From Amoebophrya sp. A120 (Eukaryota > Protista > Dinoflagellata): a stretch of DNA of 64,000 nt. The stretch covers positions 974,449-1,038,448 of the forward strand of contig CAJINV010000021.1 of NCBI GenBank assembly GCA_905178155.1. The letters are read 5' to 3'. This document shows positions 24,601 through 37,124 of this stretch, piece after piece; position 1 is the stretch's first letter, and each line of letters opens with the position of its first letter. The position numbers were made by a program, and so were the translations under genes. Under the pieces are notes generated by a model that saw only the letters and a program-made list of their open reading frames with translations, was not told the origin of the DNA and did no database searches.

Positions 24601-27600
24601 GGGGTGGTGGTGGCTGTATCAAACGGGGCTCGTCCTGTTTGATGCTTTTGGTATCGGCACCCAGGTCGTTCCTGTCATCGGTGGCTTCATCTTCGTGCTT
24701 GTCCGTCTCTTTATTATTATTTTCTGCATTAATCGCGAGAATTTGTTTGGGAACGGGAAGCAACTCTGCGGTGGTTCTGGTCTCTTGCTGATCATGACAA
24801 CAAAGATGTTGTGCACCAACATCACGATCTTCCTCCTCCTCGACTTCTTTTAGCAAATTCCGCAAATCATCCTGATCTTCTGGCGCTTCGGTCGAGGGCG
24901 TGATCTTGTTGCAACTGAGAAACTCGTCCACATCGACATCGTCGGCACGAAGATCGTCCTTGGCTGCTTGTTCCAGTCTCTCCACGAGGATGCAGCTCTG
25001 ACCCCCTGCTGCTGCTTCTTCCTTGATGCTACCGCTACTGCTATTGCTTTCAGCCGACCCTGGAACTTGTTCGCCTTTGATGGTGTTCAGCGCCGTCGGC
25101 ACCATAATCGTGCGCTTCTGTACTGCTCCAGAAGTAACTCTGCTTACTATTCCGTTATGATCTTCCGTGGTGTCGTCGTGATCATGGTCTTCTGCGGACG
25201 TAGACGACGTCCCCGCGCCATCCCCGCCCGCCCCCGCCGTGTGCGCGTCGTCATTTTCGTGCTCGCCTTCCGCCGGGAACAGGTGCTGAAAAAGATCCGC
25301 GGCACTTGGACTCGCCGCCACGCCGCCTCCCCCAGCGGTAGGCCGCCGAGAGCCACGGAGTTGTTGGGCAGCTTCCTCCTGGTTCGGGTTGTTTTCGAGA
25401 AGAGGTGGACTCGCTGCAGCTGTCGCAGCAACAGGACCACAAGTAGAGTTGTGCCGACTTCGGTTTTTCTCCCTGATGTCTGAGGTACCAAACTCGACTT
25501 GTTCATCTACTTCCGGGAGCGTCTTCGAAAACTGGTACAAAGCCCTGAAAAAGGTTTGCGTCAAGTAGTCCCACAGCTGCGCCAGCAGTGCCCGAAAGTG
25601 TGACTTTTTCCGCAACGTTTTGCGCAGCAAATCGACCGCCTCCAGCAGTTCCGGGAAAAGCTTCTCGAGCTTGTTCGAGGACGTTGTCCCGGTATTGTTA
25701 TTTTGCACGACCTGGAGGTGGTTAATATGATCCATCGCACCAGCCCTACAGCCGTTCGTTGTTCCAATACTAGTACCGCCTCCCATGTGAAGAAAGGACC
25801 CCGCACGGTGCAACGCAGCTCCTGGACCACCACGAGGACCGGAGCTACTACTACAGGAGGCCGAGGAGGAGAGCGACTCCTGGTGCTGGTACTCCAGGGG
25901 CGAGCTCAAAGAGTTGTGCTCGCCGGACTGCTGCTGCACCGGTCCAAAGGTCGCGGTTCGCGTGAGTGAAGAGTCGAATTCGTCGACCCAATCAAAAAGC
26001 GGCAGATCGGCAAGGGCGCTGTCAACAAGCAGTTTCAAAACGGAGAAAACTTCCGCACGAAGACCGTCGGAAAGCTCCTGCAGCGCCTTGACGCTGATCC
26101 CGACAAAAGAGCCGTGGTCGTGAGGGTGTGCGTCGTCGTAGTGGTGGTGCTCGGAGGCCTTAGTTGCGCCGCAATCGACCCTCGGCGATGAGCAGTCGTT
26201 GACACCTCTAGTATTTCTTGCTGGCGCTCCTACACTACTACCGACATCGATTGTATAAGCAGGTGTGTTCGCTACATCGTCGTTGGCAAAGTTATCATCT
26301 TCAAAGCTGCACTTACTCCCCGCCGCCGCCCTCCGCCCCCGCGGCGCCGACCTGCCGATCTTGCTGTGGCGCCGGCGTTCCTCTCGCTTGGCCTTCCGGG
26401 TTGAGAAGATCGCGGTATGATGTTCGCTCGCTCCACTCGGCGAATACAGGGTGGAAGCGACGGGACTGCTTTGCCGCTGCTGGCCATACGATGACCCTAC
26501 TACTCGGTCGTCATCGTGGGCAAGATTTTTACCAGTCGCAGAAGGAACAACGGAGCTGCCCACTGGGGGAGTGATGTGTCCGCTCGAGGGGACGACACAG
26601 TTCTGGGCTGCGCCAGAATTACTCATCTCGCGGCCCTTTTTCATCCGTCGCTTCAACGTTTTCCACATTTCTTGTTTCTTCTTCAACTTCCCAGCGGCCT
26701 GCTGCAGCACACAGTTTGCAGTGGGAAATTTTCCGGAACTGGACTGAATGGAGGCCGATGTTGGGCTTCGGGGCGACGGCACGCCTCCAGTTGTAGAAGT
26801 GTGGTTCTTTATGATCGTCGGTGCCGGCGAGGACATGCGAATCAGGTGCGAGGTGCGCTTCTCGGGAAAGTGATTTTCGAGCGGCCCGGTCCGCGCGCAG
26901 TTCTGCTCCCAATCAGTCGCCGTGAGTTTTATTTTCCTTTTTGACTTGCTCGAAGAGTGGTTCTTGTGCCTCGTTCTTGCCTGTTGAAAATGTTCCTCAT
27001 TTATTGCGAAACTGCCATGCAGGTCATCGTTTCCATTCTGGATACGAGGGTCCTCCTCGTCATCTCCTCCACCTGTGGGTCGTCGTGTCATTGCGGCGGT
27101 CAGTTCTCCTTGAACAAACTCAGGTCCTCTCCGTGATGTTGTCGTGAAGCCCTTGTTGTGTTGACCGCGCCTCGTACTGCGAGGAGCAACGTGATTTTCA
27201 GTACAAATACCTTCGCCGTCGTTATAAAATTCTTCGGACGAATCATCGTCGTCAGGGTCGAAGGCTTGCAGGACCACAGCTTCCTTCTCCAGAGCGCTAC
27301 TCGCGATTTGGGAAACGTCGTTTAGGCAGGAAACCAGAAACAGCAAATGCTGCATCAGATCTCGGTTGTTGCGACCACTTGTCCCGCTGGATCGGCGGCA
27401 GTTGGTGGCCATCAACAGTGACCCTCTTGGGTCCTGTGTCATCGTGATGCGCCGAAGCGTGCTGGTGTTGGGACCAGCCCCGGCAGGATTCTTGTTCAGG
27501 CCGTGCGATGCTGGGTGGAGATGGTCGCCTCCAAGCGCCGGCCGCAGGACGTTGTTGCTCGTGTTCCCCCCCGCGGCGGAGTCAGCTGCCAGAGTGGACG

Positions 27601-29879
27601 ACGTCGTTGAGTTACTAGTGCCATTCTTCAATTGGCCGACTTTATCTATTCCCTGTTGCAACAGCTGGTGCTGGTGGTGCGCAACGGCAACACCTCCACC
27701 ACCACCGCTTCGGGGAGAAATAAAACCGGCCATGGCGGTGACGCTTTGGGCTTTGCAGTGCTCCAGCAACAGCTTGCAGTAGTGCTGGATGGCTTGCGCG
27801 AGGGCGTGCACCACGAAGTCATGCTGGCCGTACAGGACGAGCGCCCCATCGATCAACGAGAACAGGTCTACGGGCCCGGTGGTGAACAGGGGCACCTGAT
27901 CGACCTGGCTGCTGTAACCATGTTGCGATAGACCACCGGTGTGGCAATTGTAATTCATCCCGGACAGTCCTCCCCCAAGCAAACCGCATGTAGATGATCC
28001 TGCCAACATGTGCTGCTGCAGCTGCGAGTTTAAGTGCAGCGAGCTGTGGGGGTCGTAGTCGAAGCTGCACAGTTTTTCCGAAGAAAAAGTTCTCGTCAAT
28101 CCTCCACCGCCATTATAGGACGTACTGAGCCGCGGCGGCGCGCCGAAATTGTAGCTCGGGCGCGCCGGAGCAAACCCGAGGGAGGCTGAAGAAGATCCTG
28201 TTGTAATATTGTGGGGCGAGCTGGCGAAAGACTGCCGCCTCGACGAGGTGGTGCCATAATGAACTACGCTGCTTTATGGTCTTCTCAAACGTCACACTCT
28301 CAACTGTTGCATGAATCTGTAATGCAAGAATGGCAAAAGCCAAAGGGGGAAGATTGCAAAAATCGCATTACAAATCCCGCGCAGATTTAGGTGGTGTTTA
28401 GCCCTTCGCAAATTTGTCATGCGAAGCAGCTTGATCTTGTGGATGATGACGGTACTTTGATAACAGTTGAGAATGTAACATTTGAGAACTCCATATGCTT
28501 CTCGGAGGTGGCGCTAGGAGCTGGCTGCACCGGCCCTCGACCTGCGGGCCCCAGACGCTCGGGCGGCCGGTGGGGCGGCTGTCCCGGACCACCTCCAGAC
28601 GCTCGACAATGGCCTTGAGTTGCGGGTCGAGCACCTGTAGAAGTGGCAGAAAAATAATATAAAAGTGCGGCTTGTGAATACCGTTATTCACTCATAATTG
28701 TCTTGCATGAAGCTGGACCAGACCCCGAGGCTGCAGCGCATTCATTGTTTTGCATGCATCTATGGAACAAGATGCAAATGAAGGATCGAATCGGTGTTAA
28801 AGAAGATCTTCTATTGCGTAGTACAACAGTAGTACCTGTGCAATTGTCGAAGTGCATAGGTCAGTGACAGACGGCAAAAACTTGTCGTAGTATTCCGGAT
28901 CGTGTACGAGGGACCCTTCCGACAGTGCGACTCCGTAATTCTGCACGAACCTGCCGAGCAGCGTGATCGCGTGCACGCATCCGTGGAAGTTTTTGCTCGC
29001 GAGCTGACTCAACGTCGTGGTGGAGGATCCTCCTTTGCTGGAGGCAACTGCGTTCTTCGTGCCAATATCCGTGTATGATGACGTTGCGCCACTAACGGAG
29101 GTGATCGTGATCGAAGGCATGGGGCCGAAATCGGACAGCGTTCCTGCCATAGAAGTACAACTCGTGGTCCCTCCAGTCGGACTCCTGGCGGGAGGTTGTT
29201 GTACAGAAGCTCCTGCTGATTTAACATTACTTGCGCAAGTTTTCCCAGCAGCAGCACTCGGATTTTTCCCGCCACTCACCGCCGCGTTACACGTGACTTG
29301 CAATCTTGAGGTCAACTGATCTAGCACAAGGCACACGCGGCGGTGCACTGACCACACGTAGAGTTCGGCCGCGACCGTGCAGCAGTCATTCGCATTCCGG
29401 GCTGCCTGCATCAACAACGCCTGGAGTTCCAGGCTGGCGCGCGTGTTCACGAACTCCTCGAGCATCACCAGCACCGTCTCCACCGTCGGCCGCTTCTCCG
29501 CACCGGGGAGATGAAAAGTAGACTGAACATCATTATCCTGATGAAAAGTACTAGCCCGTCTTTGCTGATGGTGATGACCACCGCCCATGATGAGCCCGGC
29601 CTTGCTGCGCCGTCGGGAAGAAGAAGGCATTAGAGTTGATGTCCTCCCGTGCAGCTGCTGTCCATGTCCTCCCGGCCGTCGGACGTTCTTTCCCTGCGGC
29701 AATTTCGAAAAATCTGGCTCCGCTGGACTGCCATGACGGGTCGCGCGCCCACGGTGAGTGGTGCGCCGCCGACGGTGATGGTTGTACGACGACCCTGCGT
29801 CAGCGTTGTACTCGTCTTCGCCATCGATCGACCGGGAGGGGCCTAGAAATTGATGCGATTTCGCTCGTGCAGAAGACAT
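18643..29879 (-). CDS. Giant (~3018 aa or longer) low-complexity protein with helical islands and a C-terminal Tudor-knot/chromo-barrel-like motif; 8 introner introns plus 1 GT-AG intron
   Basis: ORFs 28797-30014, 28398, 24455, 23249, 22353, 20366, 19102 and 18643 join in frame. 11237 nt minus 2180 nt = 9057 nt, divisible by 3. Spliced motif: WRPVEVLE..LVRVHYIGYDPQYDELIP. The true 5' end may extend toward 32505. Confidence 0.7.
18901..19186. mobile_element. Introner family E, 286 bp
   Basis: TSD gcgaa; TIR tatcctgaggaaaaacgttcccaccccagagt. Confidence 0.93.
19972..20136. mobile_element. Introner family B, 165 bp
   Basis: TSD cccat/ccgat. Confidence 0.85.
20191..20394. mobile_element. Introner family G, 204 bp
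   Basis: TSD tcacc; the TSD plus the element end create GT-AG. Confidence 0.8.
22134..22369. mobile_element. Introner family G, 236 bp
   Basis: tatgggaagaaaaaagtgtgttgacagt...actgccaacacgttatatttccctggata; slipped TSD; removal gives FDRF|FTQDYYG. Confidence 0.75.
22629..22910. mobile_element. Introner family E, 282 bp
   Basis: TSD gaaca. Confidence 0.95.
22950..23253. mobile_element. Introner family C variant, 304 bp
   Basis: TSD gttcc; TIR ...ctcagaatggaaatcctcaaagtggaaataatttgt. Confidence 0.9.
24312..24552. mobile_element. Decayed introner family F, 241 bp
   Basis: TSD cgtcg; shares gcatgaacagcaatacaag with the 33190 and 37524 copies. Confidence 0.8.
28275..28495. mobile_element. Introner family D, 221 bp
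   Basis: TSD tgctt. Confidence 0.92.
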
Positions 29880-30756
29880 GATAAACACTAGTGACACGAC
29901 AGCACCACGCGGCCATAATCGTAATGCCAGTAGGTGACGCTGACGCAAAAGTAGAAGCACAGCCAATAAATTAATAAGGCTGCAATTGCGAATAGGGAAG
30001 ATGAACATGATCAAGATCAGCCTCGGTCGAGAATCATAAAAACAAAAATTATAGTACGCGACAGCAGGTCAGATCCGCTGTGCAAATTCGGTGTCTCCCG
30101 GCGATCCGGGGACGGACTGCGATTCAGGTGCGAAACCCGAAGAAACGATTGCACCCGCTGTGGTCGTACCGAAGGGCGCTCCATGTAGTCATGGCTTCGC
30201 AAGGACGAATTTGAGGAACGCCGACCCGACCCTGACTTCCGCTTGTGCTTGCTCCTCGACGTCGTCCCGGGGCCTGATGAAGTAAAGCAGGGGTCATCTT
30301 TTTAATGTTTGCTGGATTTTGAAGATCAAGATTCTCACCCGCATCACATTTCGAAAATCATTTCGTATGAAAACGATGCATCGATTTCGATTTCCTGCTT
30401 CTCGTCCCTTCTAAATAAGATTTCGCTGTCGAAAGTTGAAGTTCAAATTGTACCTGCTATACCTCCTGATCCGCCTCCTGTCGTGCTTTCCTCTGGGTCC
30501 TCACAGGACTCGAGGACAACGTTGTCCACCAATGCGGATATCAAATCCTTCTCCGAGGCGCGAAAGATCAGCGCGTGAATCGCAAATCATGCGAATAAAA
30601 ATTTACCGTAGAAGTACAACTACACGTACAAAATGCATCATAAGTTCTTGTCAAACTTCTAAAGTAGCATGAGACTTGTCATCCTGAAAATGGTTGGTGA
30701 ACAAGAGACTTTGTCATGGAGCTGCGTCAGGACCATGTTCTGCTTCTGGTTTGCGT

Positions 30757-31948
30757 TGCAGCCTCGTCAGCAGGGAAGATGGCCAGCGCCACAGCTGGGG
30801 CGTTCGGGGGTCGGAAGCCGAGCCCGGGCGCCCCGGATGAGGATTGACCTGCGTGCTATTGGAGGGGGCCTGGCCTCTGGCGAATCGCCTGTCCACTGCC
30901 CCAGGACCAAAAGTCACCCAAAAGGCGGGGCCGGAGAGCCCAGCCTCGCCGTGCTTAAAAAACATGATCATACGAATTCCGGCATCCGCTGGCCCTGAGC
31001 CGGGCCAGGACGATTTCTTGTCTTCGACACAAGAAATTCACGGACTTTTTCGCAATTTTCGCGGACCGCGAAAATTGGCAATTTTGGGCATGATCATGCT
31101 TTTTCTGGTGAGGGCCTTATGTGCCCTGTGCCATCGTGTTTGAAAAACATGATCATACCATTTTTCCGCAGCTCAGATTTGTCACTTTTGGAGAAGTTGG
31201 AAAATTTCTAAAAGAAAATGACACAAAGTAGGGTATGATCATGTTTTTTAAACCGATGCTATGGCGCGAAAACGCTGAAAAGTAGCACTTTAAAAAAACC
31301 GCCAATCACGATGGTATGAGGCAGGTCAGGAAATATGACCATGGCCGCCGTTAGCTCGTGGCCAAAAAACATGATCATACTCAAAAAAGAGGCACTTTTG
31401 GCCCTCCCGTAACACAAATTTCGCGCATGTGCGCGCACTTTTTTCGCTGTTTGATTTCCGTTTTTTCCTCCACCCTGATCACCGCCGGCATCCGGGCTTT
31501 TCGGCCGGCGCGGGGGCAGCTGAGCTGGCCGCGGACGGGCTTGGGCTTCTGGCCTTTGTGGCCATCTATTACTCCAGGTCTTTGTGTTGCTGTTGAGTCA
31601 GCAGGATCACGCTCATGATCATGCTGAAGGAGCAAGCGTTGCACATGTGACCCGCCGGGCGTCTTCTCGTATGCATCGCGCCCACTACACTTGCAGACGC
31701 GAATCGCGACGGAATGGCCTGTCTTCTATGGCGGCCGGTATCTCTGACGAAGATCTCTCCCGTTGGCTATCATAGTCATAACAAGCGGCCACTTTCTAGC
31801 TAGTTAACCACCCCACCCATATGTCGCAGCGAAAATATACCAGACACATTGTTCCTGTGGGGGGGATGCCGCATCAAAAATGAAAAAAAAATCGATTTTT
31901 GCCGAAAAGTGGCCTTTTATGAGTATGATCATTTTTTTCAGCGCGATA
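30757..31948. mobile_element. ~1.2-kb insertion with repeated AAAAA(C)ATGATCATAC motifs between 30-bp direct repeats
   Basis: Direct repeat tcaggaccatgttctgcttYtggtttgcgt at 30727-30756 and 31949-31978; motif copies near 30957, 31090, 31143, 31233, 31364 and 31923 in both orientations. Confidence 0.65.
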
Positions 31949-32004
31949 TCAGGACCATGTTCTGCTTTTGGTTTGCGTGTACTCGGTAAACAAACTGGTG
32001 CGTA

Positions 32005-32505
32005 TCATACCCAATCTCGGTCGCACTCGTCCCGTTCGAGAACATCAAGCTCGTCTTCTGGGCCGTGGTCGCAGCTGCTACTTTTCGAATGTTTCCGACT
32101 CCTTTTGTAGTTCTTCATCTCATAGTCATCATCTACTTCATGATGCCTATAATTTTCATCTCGCCGTCCCCGTCGGTGCTTGTGGTTGTGGGGGTGTTTG
32201 TCTTTGCTCTCTCTGCCTTTCGACATCCCGACACCAGCACCTCCAAACTGATCATCCCGCCCGGCTGCTTCTCCCCTCCAGGAGCTAACCTCGCGAAGTT
32301 CTTCCGGTGTTAGAAACGGCTGGACCAGGCCGGGAAAGGTTAACAAAGCCGCCGCGACGCAGTGCAAGAAGCCGAGGTCGATCGCGCGACGGAGTTCGTC
32401 GTACACTTGCTGCGACACAGGGCCAAACTCGTCGCTCCTCCGGGCCGCTTTTTCGTCCGAATTCTGGCTCGGGGTTTTTGCGCCGAACCCGAGGCAGTCA
32501 AACAT
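32005..32505 (-). CDS. Hypothetical protein exon; possibly the 5' part of the giant gene ending at 18643
   Basis: ORF MFDCLGFG...YDELRRAIDLGFLHCVAAALLTFPGLVQPFL; downstream splicing unresolved. Confidence 0.5.
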   Translation of the reverse strand: MFDCLGFGAKTPSQNSDEKAARRSDEFGPVSQQVYDELRRAIDLGFLHCVAAALLTFPGLVQPFLTPEELREVSSWRGEAAGRDDQFGGAGVGMSKGRESKDKHPHNHKHRRGRRDENYRHHEVDDDYEMKNYKRSRKHSKSSSCDHGPEDELDVLERDECDRDWV

Positions 32506-32823
32506 GCCGGCCGGGGAAGGAAGCCTGAAAGTAGAGCGGAAAATTTTGAAAAAGAAAATCTTATGCCTCTGAGGTGGACCCACACACGTCGACCACGGCG
32601 TCGGCGCTTGTTGTGCGACAAGCCTACATTCTTACGTTTCATCACACACCAGATGAAGAGCAGGTGATCTTCACCTATGAAGATCTCATTCTACGAACCA
32701 AACGAAATTCAATCTGAGAAACTTGGTGTGGAGAATAAACTACGTCGTACGACAATCATCCGCTTTATTTGACTTACTGGATCCAATCCATCAATCCGGT
32801 CGACTCCCGCGACTCGCGACGGG

Positions 32824-35016
32824 TCAAGTCTTCTTCATTTTCGTTTTTCTATCGAATGCAAAAATGTCTGGGTCTGGAAGGTTGTAACTTGTGATGCTAT
32901 TTGTGGACTCTACAAAAATCTGTGTTGCAGGAGCAGCAACAGGAGTCTAGTTTTTGCTACGCGGTGGACGGGGAATTTCTCATGCGGTATAGGCATGAGG
33001 AAGCCCTCGCAAAATCTCTGATGCTAGAGCACACATCACAGACATAAGTAAATGGGTCTTCCAAAATCTGCATGACAAACTCCTACACTCATCCAGTCTC
33101 AGACATTTTTCCATTTGATATTGTGATCTTCATCACCTCCATGTGCCGCCTCCCCGCCAAATTTTCCGCTTTGTGCCATTCCTGCTGCATATGCAAGTGC
33201 ACAACTCCCCCTCCCCCTCATTTGTATTGCGTGAACAGCAATACAAACACCAGCATACGTGGAGTTTGTCTATGACAAATTCATGCGCCTAGTGTAGTAC
33301 TGTTTGGGCTCCTTCCGGAATCTGTCATGCATAATAGTGACGCAAAGAAGCAATTGGATTTGGGATTTTGCATGAGAAATGAGGCCGAGGGGGAGTTGTG
33401 CACTCTCATACTGCAGCCCTGCCGCCACCTCCTCGACGGTGAGGGCCGACAGTATGGAGTTCTCAGACGTTACATTCTCAACTGCTACGTGATTTGTCAT
33501 GCAAAATGACCGTGAGCCGCAAGACGATCAAGCTGCTTCGCGTGACAAATTATCGAAGGGCTAAACAGCATCTAAATCCGTACTAAATTTGTGATGCAAG
33601 ACTTGCAAGCTTGCCCCTTTCCCTATTACTGTTTTGGCATGCCAAATTCATGTGACAGCTGAGAATGTAGCAATTGAGAACGCCATAGACAGCACCCCGC
33701 CGGGCTCCGCGGAAGATTGCAGCATGGTGAGGGTGGACTCCGTGGGCTGCAAAACCAGGTTGCTAAACGTGTCCTTGACGCCAAAAACGTGCTCCTGCCC
33801 GGTTTCGTCGATGTGCGAGTGGCCGGCTACAGTATTACTGGTACAACCAGCCGCTCCTAATCCAAAGGGCTCTCCGCCCTCCGCAAGAATGGCGCGCCAC
33901 TGCTTCAGCCCCTTGTGCCGCGAGGAGAAAGAAAAAACATGCGGGCCGAGACCGATGTCCATGTTGCTTAGCCGACTCTGCTCGTCGGACCGCGACTTGT
34001 TAGGGGTTTTTGATTTTTGTTTTGAATATTACTAAAATTTATTTTCCGATCTTCTTCTGGTTTGTTCCGAAAGAAACAAATGGAATTTACAAAAGTGCAC
34101 ATGATGACGAAGACATCAATTATGACTGTGCACATCACAGACTTATGGTAAAAACAAATGGTAATGAATCGCGTTCCCGACAATGATCTATCTATGCGAT
34201 ACTCAACGTCAATTTGTAAGGAGTACCAGGTTTTTCATTTCCACGATAGACAGCGTCCGCTTTTCGTAGGTGACCGCAGCGTATGCATTGCAAATATGTC
34301 TGGGTCTGGAAAGGTGGAACCTGTAATGCGTGTCTTGCATTCCTGGAAAATCTGTGTTGCGTGAGGAGCAAATGGACAGCTTTTCTTGTCATGCAAAAAC
34401 GCAATTTGCAATGCGTACCAGGTATCAGAAAGCTTCCCCAAAGCTTGTCATGCTTGGCCGCCATTGCAAGCGTTGCAATCGTGCGCGATTCAGCATCACA
34501 GGTTTCCAGACCCAGACATATTTGCAGTTGATACAGCGCCAACAAGGGCAATAGCCGTCATCTTCGGGACGCCGCTGTTCGTCGTGGCGGCCGTAGAAGA
34601 CGAAGAGCTGGATATGCTGCGCAAAAGTATCGACGCACCCGTAGTAATGGCAATCCTGCTGCATGACAGCTTTATCTTTCTACGCTACCCAGCGTTACAA
34701 ATTTCATTCTTCCCGCTGAGGACTACATTTGTGATGCGATTTCTACTGGTACGAGCGTTGTCCTTTTGATTTTGCAATGCATACTGGAGGATGAGCCACC
34801 ATTCATTCCTGCTGCCGCGCCGCTGCGCAACACGAAGAGAAATTCCGCTTCCGAGCGAAAGCACGGCCAGCGGCACTCGATTTCGCGACAGAGGTGCTGT
34901 GGAATGCGGATTAGGTATTCCACCAGCTGCTGCTCCCCACCATTGCCAGGCGTGACGCAACCAATGTAAACGGCGTTGGAAGCGTACCTGTGTTGGCGAT
35001 ATACGAAGCTCTCCAA
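32824..35016 (-). CDS. Hypothetical multi-exon protein with 5 introner introns
   Basis: Junctions GGSSS|SSSTAATT, LVGA|AVTYEK, GGVLS|ALTVEEVAAGLQ|QEWHKAE are in frame; one internal intron and both ends are uncertain. Confidence 0.55.
32850..33120. mobile_element. Introner family A, 271 bp
   Basis: Family A TIRs; TSD eroded (ttttc/ttgtg). Confidence 0.85.
33190..33410. mobile_element. Introner family F, 221 bp
   Basis: TSD ctgca; TIR tatgcaagtgcacaactccccctc. Confidence 0.9.
33453..33687. mobile_element. Introner family D, 235 bp, inverted relative to the 16329 and 28275 copies
   Basis: TSD gacag. Confidence 0.92.
34282..34533. mobile_element. Introner family A, 252 bp
   Basis: TSD cagcg. 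Confidence 0.95.
34613..34783. mobile_element. Introner family B, 171 bp
   Basis: TSD ctgga. Confidence 0.85.
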
Positions 35017-35059
35017 TATGAAAATGTTCTATTACAAGCACACGACATATACTACAAGC

Positions 35060-35300
35060 ACCATACCATGTGGATTAAGATTATGCACGATGGTATGATC
35101 AACATTTGCAGATGATGCTTCGTAAAACGCAATGATGCCATGCTGTATGACATTATCCGCGATGGTATGATGCACACGCGTAGATAGCGCTTCATGACGC
35201 GCAATGACGCCCTGCTGTTCAACATTACTCACGATGTTATTGTCGACCTTCTCGGCTACAACTTCATGACACGACGCTATGATGCGCTCGTGCTCATCAA
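35060..35300. repeat. Degenerate ~72-bp tandem repeat, about 3 units
   Basis: Recurring cgcaatgaYgcc..gctgt..Racatta and cgatggtatgat; ORF 35032-35322 shows 24-aa periodicity. Confidence 0.55.
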
Positions 35301-37124
35301 TGACACTAGTAGTCATGATCATAGCGCAAACTGCAGCTTCACAATTTGTTCGTCGTTATACACCAAACGCAGACGCACAATCCTGTTTTTCATGATACAC
35401 TTACACACTGACTGCATCATTCAACATTGGATCTGCAAAAAATCATCAATACCGTTCATCCAAACTGAGGAAAGTGCAAAACTTTTGACATTCCTCCGCC
35501 GTTGCCAACGGAACGGACACCGTGGTCTGCAAAAACTGCAGGAGCGCCGGGGAGGTACAATAGCTGCTCGCCATCTCGACGTGGTCGTGTTTGTTTCTGT
35601 ACTTCAAGATGTTTGATGGTACGAGATTATGCGGGGCGGGTAATTTCTCTGCACCTTTCCCGTTTATTCGTCGGTTACAACAGCGACGCCTCGTGAAAAT
35701 AAATCTCAGTTCACGACGCCCCCGCTTGATATTGATATCTTGTTCATCGGCCTGCTCGCCGGAGAATAGACTTGAAGTATCTATCTATTGCGGCTCGCTC
35801 AACCGCTTCTGCTTATGGGGTGCCCTCGCGAAATCCCAACGAAGTCTTTATCGCACCGTCCGCAGGAGGTACTAGTTTCTGATCACCTCCGAGCGGACGG
35901 CTGCTCCTCTGTCGAACAAACAACGGTTCCGGTTGACGTTCTTGCCGGGAAATAAATGCTCTCCGTCCGTCAGCGGTTCTTGTTTTCAGTTTCCGAGGAA
36001 AACTGATCCAATATATTATATGTCGGAGAAGAGCTCTTACCCGATGAAAAACCTCAAGTCGGAGCAAGTCGACCGCAGGCAGCGAAAAAATCGTTCCATC
36101 AAGAACTTAGCTGGCCCACGACCAGCAGCTACCAAGCAAGATGAAGATGATGAACGAGTAAACTATAAAATCATCGTGAAGGGAGTTGTACACCTAGACT
36201 AGGACCACTCCGCGCGACGAGGCCTTGCCGTAGTCCCACCTCGCTGCTGGGTCCTCGTCTTTCTCCTGTGCTGCCGGCTTCGTGGTCGTGCTCTGTGAAA
36301 AGCATGGACGAAAAGAACATTTTTGGTACAAAAGTAGAACCCATGTTTGTTGTGTTTCATCAACGTGAAGTGCTGGGTATCTTGGTTGTAATAAATATTG
36401 ATCTCAAGAAGAACAAGAACTCCAAATAAGATTGTTTATAGAGTAGGTACGCTCTCGTGGTGATTCGAAAAAAGATCTTTCTTTGGATCAGTCGACATTC
36501 GTGTGCTAGAAACAAAGTGCGTGAGGAGAATTGATGAGAGCAAGTTGTTCAAGATTAGAAAAAGATTTGACCAACGAGGACACCGGCACGAGGAGGTACT
36601 TATTGCGTCCGGGAACAAGCGGACATAGTGGTAAGTACTTCTTGTTTCCGCCGGCAACACTTTCAAGGAGCTGTTGATATCCTGACATGAGAATAACCTC
36701 CCGGCGGCAGTGACGTGAAGAACCCTACAAAGGCACATGTTGCAGGAGCCATCGATGCCGGTAATTCAACATCGAAGACAACTACAGCTACCCTCCCTTC
36801 TTCCAAGAGTAGCACCCAGCAAGAGCAGCCTCGGCTATCCATCGATAGGGAGAAAGACCTTCTTGCATTTGCGCAGCTAGCGATGGACACATAAGACTTG
36901 CAGAGTTCATCATCATTCTCCGTTCTTGATGTTCAGCATCTGTAGTCGCACGGCAACTACATCAGTCTCCGTCGATTTCACTTCGTAGTGGCTTCAAACA
37001 ACTGGAGAAGAACAAATCACAGAAGCACGCCTTTTTGCAAGAAATATCCGCACCATCCTCTTCCCATCCCGCTTTTTTATTTCAAGTTCAACTTCAATCA
37101 AAGTCATGTGATTCCAGAATTAAT

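Noticed and set aside
31949-32007. A second possible TGA read-through (DWV*YAPVC)
   Set aside because: The TGA sits within a good donor site (gtatga), no SECIS-like structure was found, and downstream splicing is unresolved.
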